Source: a virus
Taxonomy: Duplodnaviria > Heunggongvirae > Uroviricota > Caudoviricetes
IMG/VR virus record: IMGVR_UViG_2728369183_000003
Length of the DNA: 14,772 bases
Direction: 5' to 3' (one strand)
Shown here piece after piece: positions 1 through 7,336 of the stretch (its first letter is position 1; each line of letters begins with the position of its first letter). The notes below the pieces were generated by a model that ran no database searches, was not told the origin of the DNA, and saw only the letters and a program-made list of their open reading frames with translations. Both the position numbers and the translations under genes were made by a program.

Positions 1-41
1 CTTTAGTTTAATATTGGAATAGCAAAATATTTGTATAAATA

Positions 42-344
42 TTAGCGGTATACACACTTATAGATAATCCAAAGCTGACGAAGGTGTTGTTTTACCTTAC
101 AGTGGCTTACTTCTCCATAAATCCGATTACTTTGGTCTTCTTCTGTGTCATCGTAAAAATGATATCTCGTTTTTTTAATGATACTTTCCATAATGTCATT
201 CATATTGTATTTATTGTTGAGAAAATAATAAAAATCATCTGGTGCATTCCTCCGCAATCCGTCCATATAGCTCCTGAAATAACATTCGGCTTGTTCAATA
301 AACTGTTTTGTCGTAATAAGCTCTATCTTCATATTTTTCTCCAT
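42..344 (-). CDS. hypothetical small protein (about 96-100 aa) in AT-rich DNA downstream of alpA; second in-frame ATG at 332 has a better GGAG Shine-Dalgarno
   Basis: ORF in the six-frame track with mixed charged/aromatic composition; same strand as and 70 nt downstream of the AlpA-like gene; no family recognised. Confidence 0.35.
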   Translation of the reverse strand: MEKNMKIELITTKQFIEQAECYFRSYMDGLRRNAPDDFYYFLNNKYNMNDIMESIIKKTRYHFYDDTEEDQSNRIYGEVSHCKVKQHLRQLWIIYKCVYR

Positions 345-413
345 TATTGCTTAGGATAATAGGATGCCATGTGAGAACAGTTATCTGTTCGACACGAGAT
401 CTTGTTTCTGTTT

Positions 414-632
414 TTATGCTGCGTTCTGGCGTGAGTTTCGAATAGCCGCTTCAATCCATTCATCAATCTCACTTTCAACAAAAGCGACACACCTCGGACC
501 TATTTTTACTCTGTCTGGAAAGTTTCCTTCCTTAATACGTTCATATAAGGTCGTGCGACTGAATCCCACTCGATTTAAAACATCAGGAACGCGGATAAAT
601 CGTTTTACGCTGGTTTCAATATTTTCTTTCAT
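414..632 (-). CDS. alpA: AlpA-family (prophage CP4-57 regulatory protein-like) helix-turn-helix transcriptional regulator, 72 aa
   Basis: Translation MKENIETSVKRFIRVPDVLNRVGFSRTTLYERIKEGNFPDRVKIGPRCVAFVESEIDEWIEAAI matches the AlpA pattern (FIRLPEV...G.SRSTLY..I..G.FP.PVK.G.R.V.W...EV..WI) from memory. ATG at 632 is preceded by GAGGACAGACA; the longer 96-aa ORF from 704 has no ribosome-binding site. Confidence 0.8.
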   Translation of the reverse strand: MKENIETSVKRFIRVPDVLNRVGFSRTTLYERIKEGNFPDRVKIGPRCVAFVESEIDEWIEAAIRNSRQNAA

Positions 633-847
633 TGTCTGTCCTCTATTATTGTAAGTAATCTCTATGAGATTTCGCTTTTCTCTATGTTGTTTCGACGTGA
701 ACAATGATAGCGATTTTGCTTATGGTAATTTAGGGACGTTCAAAGAAGTTTTTTTTGAAAAATTCGAAGGGGCACGGATGGAAAGATAACGGTTAACACT
801 GGATGAGATCACGTTCGCTCGGAGCGAACGTAACCCTTTTACTTGGC

Positions 848-1684
848 TTATTTTTTCTTATTCCTGTCGTCTTCTACATGCTTTTCAACAGGGGAGTCTT
901 TCAAGTGGTTGTTTTCCATCATGTAATCTTCAAGCGATTTCAGATAGCTCGCATCCGTCAGAAAAGCCATTGCTAACGGGTAGTCCGTTGCCTTTAGCAT
1001 TCCTTCATCACGATCGTTGTCGCTGTCCTCGTGAAGCAGCGAAGAAATCAGTGAAAGCGGGATTTTAATGCCGTTATCTTCTCCCCAGAAGATCAGGTCC
1101 ATCATCGGGATAAGACGATATTCAATGATTTTTCTGAATGTGCTTTTGCCGAAACGATACTCTCTTGGCGCTGGAGACTTCATCTTAAGCTGTCTCTTCC
1201 ATTGAGGGATCAGCACTTTCAGATGTTCAATGATTTCTTCAGTTGATGCCTCTTCCAGATGAATATCGACAGTAATGCGTGAAAGATTATTAAGGGATGT
1301 TTCTTTTAGATACTCGGACAGAAATTCGGATTCGCTTAACGCGGAAAGCTCAGGCGTGGCTTCGGTTAATGCCAGCGTTTTCGCATAAAATTGCGCGTGG
1401 CTTCGTGTCGTAGGATTTACCGCGTAGGTTCTGGCAAGCTCATGTCCAAGGGTAGCGGTATCACCACTGAAAAAGATTTCACCGCTGAGGATCTTGTTGC
1501 GGTAATCATCCAGCATTAATCGGTTAAAGGTAGGTATGGTGTTCCGGCTCAACAACATTCTGTAAGCCAAGATACGCCGCTCAACCTCAACATAAAACTG
1601 CTGTAAGGTGAGTTTCTCTATCGCCTCATAGCGTTCCACATCAAACCATGCTTCCAGTGCTTTCCTGATTTCACTTCTTTTCAT
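848..1684 (-). CDS. hypothetical protein, 278 aa from the ATG at 1684 (ORF open upstream to a TTG at 1741); no recognisable family
   Basis: Long ORF in AT-rich DNA; ATG at 1684 is preceded by GGAGGA 4 nt upstream, whereas the TTG at 1741 has no Shine-Dalgarno. Sits between the tRNA fragment and alpA. Confidence 0.5.
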   Translation of the reverse strand: MKRSEIRKALEAWFDVERYEAIEKLTLQQFYVEVERRILAYRMLLSRNTIPTFNRLMLDDYRNKILSGEIFFSGDTATLGHELARTYAVNPTTRSHAQFYAKTLALTEATPELSALSESEFLSEYLKETSLNNLSRITVDIHLEEASTEEIIEHLKVLIPQWKRQLKMKSPAPREYRFGKSTFRKIIEYRLIPMMDLIFWGEDNGIKIPLSLISSLLHEDSDNDRDEGMLKATDYPLAMAFLTDASYLKSLEDYMMENNHLKDSPVEKHVEDDRNKKK

Positions 1685-1892
1685 CCATCCTCCAACAATC
1701 CATTTCCTTTGATATATCTTCACAGGATCCGTTTGGAACAATTGAAGTTCAACTGTTTTGTCATCAGAGACGGGGGAATGGCTAAGTTGTTGTTAAGAGT
1801 GTGAACTCGAGAGCATAAAAGTGGATGCCCGACGCGCGGCAAAATGGTAAAAAACAGCATCAGTAGTAAGAAAAATTGAGCGAGAGAAAGGA

Positions 1893-1921
1893 ATTTTAAT
1901 GCAGGGATTTATGCATGACAA
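1893..1921 (-). promoter_or_regulatory. candidate sigma70 promoter upstream of the 278-aa ORF (TTGTCA, 17-nt spacer, TAAAAT on the minus strand)
   Basis: -35 TTGTCA at 1921..1916 and -10 TAAAAT at 1898..1893 read on the minus strand. The region is AT-rich, so a chance match is possible. Confidence 0.3.
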
Positions 1922-1962
1922 AATCAAAAATTATTTGTAAGTGATTGATTTTGTTGAATGAT

Positions 1963-2024
1963 TGGCGGAGAGAGGGGGATTTGAACCCCCGGTAGAGTTG
2001 CCCCTACTCCGGTTTTCGAGACCG
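1963..2024 (-). tRNA. truncated tRNA-Ser (serU-type, anticodon CGA) 3' fragment of 62 nt, from the anticodon stem to the CCA end; not a functional tRNA, interpreted as the prophage attachment-site core (attR)
   Basis: Reverse complement of 1963..2024 reads CGGTCTCGAAAACCGGAGTAGGGGCAACTCTACCGGGGGTTCAAATCCCCCTCTCTCCGCCA, matching the 3' part of E. coli tRNA-Ser(CGA) as recalled. Similarity stops at 2025; the 5' acceptor and D arms are absent. Confidence 0.85.
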
Positions 2025-2514
2025 ATGATACAGAGTCGAAAAATCAAAGAGTTAAAAATTTTTCTTGGAATAAATGTCTTAAAATCGTACACGAAAAATC
2101 AATAAATTACATAACATTAAAGAAGAATATTCCAAGCCTTCTTGAGGCCACCACCTGTTTTCAGGTGTCATTCAGATGTGATTTACCCCAGATTGGGAAA
2201 GCACGCTTTTTTTTCTCAGCTTATTCCGTTTTGCCTGTGTGTTGAATAATTCCACTGCAGTTATATAAAATCGGTAACGGCTGGAAATCATTCAATACTC
2301 GCACTATCGAAAGTTCACCAGCCAACCGCAGCACGTCCTGCATACGTCGTGTCTGCGGTTTTTCTTTTTCGCTTACATTGTGTCTGGTTCTTCCAGCCAC
2401 TCAATATCAGGTGCAGTTGATGTATCAACACGGTTCAGCAACACCCGATACTTTTTCCAGGCTTCCAGCAACGGGGTTTCTTCCTCCGCCGTTGCATATA
2501 CAGCTCACCTTTTT

Positions 2515-2835
2515 TCACCCACGATTAACCAACAGCCAGACCAGCAGACACGCCACCACCGGNNNNNNNNNNNNNNNNNNNNNNNNNNNNNNNNNNNNNN
2601 NNNNNNNNNNNNNNNNNNNNNNNACACGCGGATCAAAACCGCCCCACCACGGCATGTTAATCCGCTTGCCATGCCCGAACATTTCAATCCAGCGATATTC
2701 TGCCTGGGTGTGTTCACGCGCAATGAAGAACGTACAACCAGCTATCGCTCCGTAAGCCCAGTTTCCGGTAAAAAGACCAGCCAGTACCTGCACCGCCACG
2801 GCACAAAGCGCATGAAGTATCGACGTGATATCCAT
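2515..2835 (-). CDS. small hydrophobic (predicted membrane) protein of about 106 aa, interrupted by a 61-nt N-run (2563-2623); the C-terminal 15 codons and stop are uncertain
   Basis: ATG at 2835 preceded by AAGGA 6 nt upstream. N-terminal 70 aa (MDITSILHALCAVAVQVLAGLFTGNWAYGAIAGCTFFIAREHTQAEYRWIEMFGHGKRINMPWWGGFDPR) contains a long hydrophobic segment. Last gene before the att fragment. Confidence 0.5.
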   Translation of the reverse strand: MDITSILHALCAVAVQVLAGLFTGNWAYGAIAGCTFFIAREHTQAEYRWIEMFGHGKRINMPWWGGFDPRXXXXXXXXXXXXXXXXXXXXXPVVACLLVWLLVNRG

Positions 2836-2844
2836 CTGCTATCC

Positions 2845-3123
2845 TTAAAACCACTCCCTGAGCGGGCGCTCTGGTGTAACCACCCACTCACGGAACACGG
2901 AATCCTCAAATCCATCGTCAAGAAGACGGATATTAACAAAGTACCCTTCGTTTCGCGTGTATTCTGGTTCTCCGTCATCAGAAACATCTGTCTCCCTGAA
3001 CGTAAAACCAATCTCATCAACCAGAACGGCATTCTGCAGCTCTTCGTCCTCTTCCCAGTTAAGTTTCCTGAGAAATGCCCTGAAATCTGCTCTATCACTG
3101 AAACGCAACGTGAAATCTCTCAC
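2845..3123 (-). CDS. acidic 92-aa hypothetical protein, translationally coupled to stf (GTG start overlapping the stf stop as GTGA); possible fibre-associated or other cargo function
   Basis: GTG at 3123..3121 overlaps the stf TGA at 3122..3120; GGGGAGG lies 7 nt upstream. Protein has 24 acidic residues of 92. Its stop (2847..2845) overlaps the Shine-Dalgarno of the next gene. Confidence 0.55.
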   Translation of the reverse strand: MRDFTLRFSDRADFRAFLRKLNWEEDEELQNAVLVDEIGFTFRETDVSDDGEPEYTRNEGYFVNIRLLDDGFEDSVFREWVVTPERPLREWF

Positions 3124-5183
3124 TCCACAACCTCCCCAAGCTGCGCATCTGTTAGCTCTTTATGCCAGAGACGAAAATTCCTCACATGCCCAAATAAATG
3201 GCGTAATCCTGCTGTAGTTTGTCCACCAATGCGAATGGTTGCTGTACTCCGGATATATTCCCATTTGGTTTTAGTTTCGCTGGATATACGCCCGTTACTT
3301 ACTGCACATGTAGACTGATCTGACTTTACACGCATCCCCATAACCATTTTTTTCAACGATGCGTTTTCGTTAACACGCCTATTTGATCCACCAATATCGC
3401 AATAAGGAAATCCGTCTGGCCCATCTGCCGAAGATCCGAAGCCAAGAATAATAGCCGCTCCGGTTTGATGACCACCGGTATCAAAAACACGTGGCGCTGC
3501 ATTTGGCGTTTTATACCAGTTCTTATGTACCTCACAAAGAACCGTAAAAGGAAGATTATAAAGATTATTATTAATTGGAACTGTAACTATATCGCTTGCG
3601 CGGGTAGCCGCCGTCGTTCCTGAGATAATAAAAGATGATGCACACGAACCATCCTCAACCTGAGGGGTGGCCAGATAAATATAGTCTCCAGATACGGTTG
3701 CTCCGCCCTGATTAGGAGAATACTGTATCTGAGATCCTATTTTTAACTCATCATCAATTGCCAGGATTGTTGCCTCTGCAAAAATCCATCCGGTAGCTTC
3801 GTCCTTTCTGACTCTCGCTGTAATCCCTGAGGCCGCGCCACCTGTCATATTAATTTCAAGCGTTTGTGTATCAATATATGCATCACCAAGAAAAGTTGTT
3901 GCACTACCGTCATATTTATCAAAGCGGATACGCAACCTTACCTGTCGTTCTGTTTTAAAACGACATGAGGTTGTCACGTACTTGTTATCGCCTGAAACAT
4001 CAACTGACTTTGTAGCAGCAATTGATGCCATATTAATGGCTGACGTTTGCCCAATCAGAGAATCGTTACAAACAAACTTTCCATAAGTAAAACCAAAACT
4101 ATCAGTTCCAACCTCAGCGACATTCATATTTGCAGATTTACCCCAAGAAGCTGGAGTTGCTGAATTCAACATGTAGTTGGTTCGCTGACCTTCAATCAAT
4201 AAACCTTCTTTTTCAAATCGTGGCTCATTAATTTCCGCCGTTTTCAGTTCGCCAGATTTGTTGATATATGTTGCCGTTGATGCGCGACTGAAATTAACCT
4301 GTTTATCACTGGCAACCTGAACCACATTATCGCCAATCTTCACTTTTTTATAACCCGGAGAATAGCCCGTAATCATATCCAGCGAATCATTAAAGGGTAT
4401 CCACACATCCGGCAGCGGCTGTAAAACATATCTGTACGGCTCTGCTGTCTGGTTTGCGTATTCTCTGGCAGCATCTTCACTTGCTTTTGCTGCCGTCTGG
4501 CTTGCTGCCGATGCTTTCGCCGAGTTCGCCGCCGCTGTTTCGCTCACCTTTGCGTTGGCTTCACTGTCTTTGGCATTCGTCTCACTGGTTTTCGCTGCCG
4601 TCTGGCTGGATTTTGCGTTTTTTTCGCTGGCCTTTGTGGCTGTCTCGCTATTTTTCGCGCTGGTTTCTGATTTTTTGGCTGCTGTCGCGGAGTTTGCCGA
4701 TGCAGTCTGCGAGGCCGCTGCCGCCTGTGCGCTGTTAGCTGCATTCGTTTCTGAGGTTTTCGCCGCATTCTTCGATGAGGCTGCTGCCGTTTCGGATTTC
4801 TTTGCCGCCGCTGCACTCTGTGATGACGCTCCGGCATGACGTGCCACTTCATTCACCATCAGCTCAAAACGGCGCAGTGCCTCCGGACGAACATCATCCT
4901 CCGTCATGGCGCCGAGAAAATCATTCAGCGTACCTGGTCTGGAACCTTCATAGACGGTAATGGTCCCGGCATGTGAAGGCGGAAAATCTTCAACCAGCAG
5001 GGTGACGCTGTACTGGCCATACTCAACATCCATGCTGTAACGCCCGGCTTCATCCGGATTTTCAGAGGCCACCGTGTTCACCACCACCGTGCTGCTGGTC
5101 CGTCTGGCCTTCAGCACAATGGTGCAGTTCTGTACTGGTTTTCCTGTGCCATCTTTAAGCACGCCAGAAATTTTTACTGTCAT
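3120..5183 (-). CDS. stf: side tail fibre protein (lambda Stf-like N-terminus, Ala/Lys/Ser/Thr/Glu-rich repeat shaft, divergent C-terminal domain), 687 aa
   Basis: N-terminus MTVKISGVLKDGTGKPVQNCTIVLKAR...GRYSMDVEYGQYSVTLLVEDFPPSHAGTITVYEGSRPGTLNDFLGAMTEDD is close to lambda Stf as recalled; ATG at 5183 with GGTGG Shine-Dalgarno. Confidence 0.85.
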   Translation of the reverse strand: MTVKISGVLKDGTGKPVQNCTIVLKARRTSSTVVVNTVASENPDEAGRYSMDVEYGQYSVTLLVEDFPPSHAGTITVYEGSRPGTLNDFLGAMTEDDVRPEALRRFELMVNEVARHAGASSQSAAAAKKSETAAASSKNAAKTSETNAANSAQAAAASQTASANSATAAKKSETSAKNSETATKASEKNAKSSQTAAKTSETNAKDSEANAKVSETAAANSAKASAASQTAAKASEDAAREYANQTAEPYRYVLQPLPDVWIPFNDSLDMITGYSPGYKKVKIGDNVVQVASDKQVNFSRASTATYINKSGELKTAEINEPRFEKEGLLIEGQRTNYMLNSATPASWGKSANMNVAEVGTDSFGFTYGKFVCNDSLIGQTSAINMASIAATKSVDVSGDNKYVTTSCRFKTERQVRLRIRFDKYDGSATTFLGDAYIDTQTLEINMTGGAASGITARVRKDEATGWIFAEATILAIDDELKIGSQIQYSPNQGGATVSGDYIYLATPQVEDGSCASSFIISGTTAATRASDIVTVPINNNLYNLPFTVLCEVHKNWYKTPNAAPRVFDTGGHQTGAAIILGFGSSADGPDGFPYCDIGGSNRRVNENASLKKMVMGMRVKSDQSTCAVSNGRISSETKTKWEYIRSTATIRIGGQTTAGLRHLFGHVRNFRLWHKELTDAQLGEVVE
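4454..4850 (-). repeat. imperfect tandem repeat tract inside stf encoding the Ala/Lys/Ser/Thr/Glu-rich shaft
   Basis: Protein segment AAKKSETAAASSKNAAKTSETNAANSAQAAAASQTASANSATAAKKSETSAKNSETATKASEKNAKSSQTAAKTSETNAKDSEANAKVSETAAANSAKASAASQTAAKASEDAA; the same nucleotide periodicity produces the spurious ORFs 4454..4738, 4544..4852 and 4555..4839. Confidence 0.5.
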
Positions 5184-5194
5184 ACTTTTCCACC

Positions 5195-5230
5195 AATAAA
5201 AAAAGCCCGCAGCAGTGACGCCACGGGCTT
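5195..5230 (-). terminator. candidate rho-independent terminator downstream of lom, immediately upstream of the stf start
   Basis: Minus-strand hairpin (stem AGCCCG/CGGGCT extended by A-T pairs, 14-nt loop) followed by TTTTTTTATT (reverse complement of 5195-5203). Confidence 0.4.
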
Positions 5231-5334
5231 CAGGACAGTGTAACTTTACGTTTCCTCAAACGCAGTTCACCCCATAAGGCGGATGAACCTGCGTATCATA
5301 ACAATATTTACAGAAGATAAATCGGCGTCTGTTG

Positions 5335-5934
5335 TCAGAAACGGTATCCGATACCAACAATAAATGCATCCGTTCGCCAGTCGCCACTACCGGAACCTTC
5401 ATAAGCAATATCAATGGTCACGGATTCGGTCGGGTTAAACTGCACGCCAGCTCCCCACGCCAGAGACGTGTTGCTGTGGCGATCGTCATCACTTCCGGTC
5501 AGCACATCGTGCGTTTTCCCCTTGTTGTCAGTTACGCGGAGATAATCCCCGGAGAACGTCGACACACGGCTGTAAGCCACACCTGCCATCGCATAAGCAC
5601 TGAACCATTCATTCACGCGTACAGATGGCCCCGCCATCACGCTGAACCAGCGGTTACGCACTGAATCTTCATGCCAGCGGGTATCGCTGTAGTGCGTTTT
5701 TTGCTCATCCTCAGCATTGGCATAACTGAAGGACGTAATCAGCCCCAGCGCGTCCGTAAACTCATAACGGTATTTCACGTTAATCCCGTTCAGATTATCG
5801 CTGCCTGGCATATCAGTGTGGGTCTGAAGATACCCGGCGCTTAGTGTGGACTGATGCTCTGCTGCGCTCGCTGGCGTACCAGCGGCAACCAGCCAGACTA
5901 CTGCGGACAGAATAACAGCACATAATTTACGCAT
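5335..5934 (-). CDS. lom: Lom, Ail/Lom-family outer-membrane beta-barrel protein (lysogenic-conversion moron), 199 aa
   Basis: Signal-peptide-like N-terminus MRKLCAVILSAVVWLVAAGTPASA and C-terminus ...SVTIDIAYEGSGSGDWRTDAFIVGIGYRF, nearly identical to the lambda Lom C-terminus as recalled; GAGAGG Shine-Dalgarno before the ATG at 5934. Confidence 0.9.
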   Translation of the reverse strand: MRKLCAVILSAVVWLVAAGTPASAAEHQSTLSAGYLQTHTDMPGSDNLNGINVKYRYEFTDALGLITSFSYANAEDEQKTHYSDTRWHEDSVRNRWFSVMAGPSVRVNEWFSAYAMAGVAYSRVSTFSGDYLRVTDNKGKTHDVLTGSDDDRHSNTSLAWGAGVQFNPTESVTIDIAYEGSGSGDWRTDAFIVGIGYRF

Positions 5935-5954
5935 AATTACCTCTCGCTTTTCTG

Positions 5955-5982
5955 CAATAAAAAAGGCGCCATTTCTGGCGCC
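5955..5982 (-). terminator. rho-independent terminator between J and lom
   Basis: Minus-strand hairpin GGCGCCA-GAAA-TGGCGCC (7-bp GC-rich stem) followed by TTTTTTAT, directly after the J stop at 6002. Confidence 0.55.
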
Positions 5983-6001
5983 CGTATTGGGGTTATAAAA
6001 T

Positions 6002-7336
6002 TCAGCTAATCGTGATGCCTGCAGTGGCTTTCTTCATCACAACAACCAGCAAATCGCTGATACTTGCTGTGGGATACCAGCCATTTACCCACCATGCTGA
6101 TACAGAAAACTCCAGCGTCATGTCGCCGCGACCAGCAGGCATATCAATAACACCACTGTAAACCAGCGTATTATCCATCGCGGTACGGTTATAAATTTCA
6201 GCACCGTTTTTCTTCACTATCAGGCGGCATGACGAATAAGTATCGCTGTTCTCCCGCTCATGTCTGGCACCGCTGAAAGCCACCGCCGGAATAACAATCT
6301 GCCGGTTAAACGGCTGATCGTCATAAACCCTGACGGTAATGGTTCCTGATGGCCAACGCTTCGGTGCACGGGAGTCACGAGGGAAAGCCTTACCCACTGT
6401 TTTAACGAGATCGCCTTCAATCTGGTTTGCAGACAGTTTCCCTCTGATGACACAGTTCTTGTTAATGGTGACATTATTGAGCGTGCCGGTATTCGCCGTG
6501 ATGGCTCCACTGATATCCGCATTGCGGGCTGTCAGCCTGCCATCCGGCGTCAGGGAAAACGTCGGAGGATTGCCGGATGACGTGATGCTCACCGCAAACA
6601 GTCGCTTCAGGAACACGTCGTTCATGAACAGCTGATTCCCCTGCGCCACAAACAGCGGCGTGGTGTTGCCGTTCTCCGGGGTAATCATCGCGATACGGTC
6701 CGCCTGCAGCAGAATACTGCTCAGCGTCTGACCATCAACATCCTCAATCCCCGCGCCAATCCCGGCCACATAGGGAATACCGTTTTTTGTTTTCTGCACC
6801 TTCAGCATATACATGGCATTCAGCTCATTGCGCGTGTCTGACTGAACCCGCTGGATTTGCTGTATGGTCACGGCCTGGTCACCCAGCTTTTTATCCGTGG
6901 TCGAGGTAATTTCACTCCCTTTTTTATCCACGTACTGGCGGACCTGTGCTATCTGTCGGGCGTTTTCTGACTGCCCCTGGCTGACAGTCTGTGAGATTTC
7001 ACTGCTCACCCGGTCCACTTTCTGGCTCACCTGCGCGATGGCCAGTGTCTGGTCCTCATTCTTTTTCGCAACCAGCTGCGTGAGGCTGTTTTCCGCCTTC
7101 CCGATTTTCCGGGTCACTTCTGCGATATCCGTGTCCATCCGCTGACGGATGTCTTCTTCCAGTTGCGTGACCTCCGTACGCAGCGCTGAAGCATCAATGC
7201 GCTCTTTCAGTGCCTGGCCCAGAAGCGTCTCATCTATCAGCCCCCGGAAAAATTCCAGATACCCTTCACCATCATTGCTGGGCTGCCCGCTGGCTTCCAC
7301 AAAAGCAGATTTTCCCACCAGGTTGACGCTTCGCAC
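6002..7336 (-). CDS. J: host specificity protein J (central tail fibre), C-terminal fragment; frame is open upstream to about 7400 and joins the N-terminal fragment through a single-base frameshift
   Basis: Translation ...[40 protein letters not shown]...[10 protein letters not shown]...[22 protein letters not shown]...[14 protein letters not shown] is collinear with the C-terminal third of lambda J as recalled. Confidence 0.8.
   Translation of the reverse strand: MRSVNLVGKSAFVEASGQPSNDGEGYLEFFRGLIDETLLGQALKERIDASALRTEVTQLEEDIRQRMDTDIAEVTRKIGKAENSLTQLVAKKNEDQTLAIAQVSQKVDRVSSEISQTVSQGQSENARQIAQVRQYVDKKGSEITSTTDKKLGDQAVTIQQIQRVQSDTRNELNAMYMLKVQKTKNGIPYVAGIGAGIEDVDGQTLSSILLQADRIAMITPENGNTTPLFVAQGNQLFMNDVFLKRLFAVSITSSGNPPTFSLTPDGRLTARNADISGAITANTGTLNNVTINKNCVIRGKLSANQIEGDLVKTVGKAFPRDSRAPKRWPSGTITVRVYDDQPFNRQIVIPAVAFSGARHERENSDTYSSCRLIVKKNGAEIYNRTAMDNTLVYSGVIDMPAGRGDMTLEFSVSAWWVNGWYPTASISDLLVVVMKKATAGITIS

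Noticed and set aside
84-359. 91-aa plus-strand ORF, very hydrophobic and Ile/Phe-rich
   Set aside because: Antisense to the more protein-like minus-strand ORF 42..344; composition is what AT-rich DNA yields in any frame; no ribosome-binding site.
364-654. 96-aa plus-strand ORF
   Set aside because: Entirely antisense to the well-supported AlpA gene; low-complexity translation.
704-704. Longer 96-aa version of AlpA starting at 704
   Set aside because: The internal ATG at 632 has a strong Shine-Dalgarno and gives the canonical AlpA length of about 70 aa; the upstream extension has none.
2150-2215. Possible terminator hairpins (CACCTG-TTTT-CAGGTG at about 2152-2167; CCCA-GAT-TGGG followed by a T-run at about 2188-2212)
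   Set aside because: Stems of only 4-6 bp with poor or misplaced U-tracts; not convincing as intrinsic terminators.
2380-3318. 312-aa plus-strand ORF (and 2378..2755) with GTG/TTG starts spanning the N-run
   Set aside because: Antisense to stf and the two small cargo genes, non-ATG start, Ser-rich meaningless translation, and it crosses 61 N; typical GC-rich antisense artefact.
4454-4852. Three overlapping ORFs (Arg/Gln/Pro-rich and Ala/Phe-rich) inside stf
   Set aside because: Alternative-frame readings of the stf repeat tract; their extreme low complexity is a by-product of the repeat.
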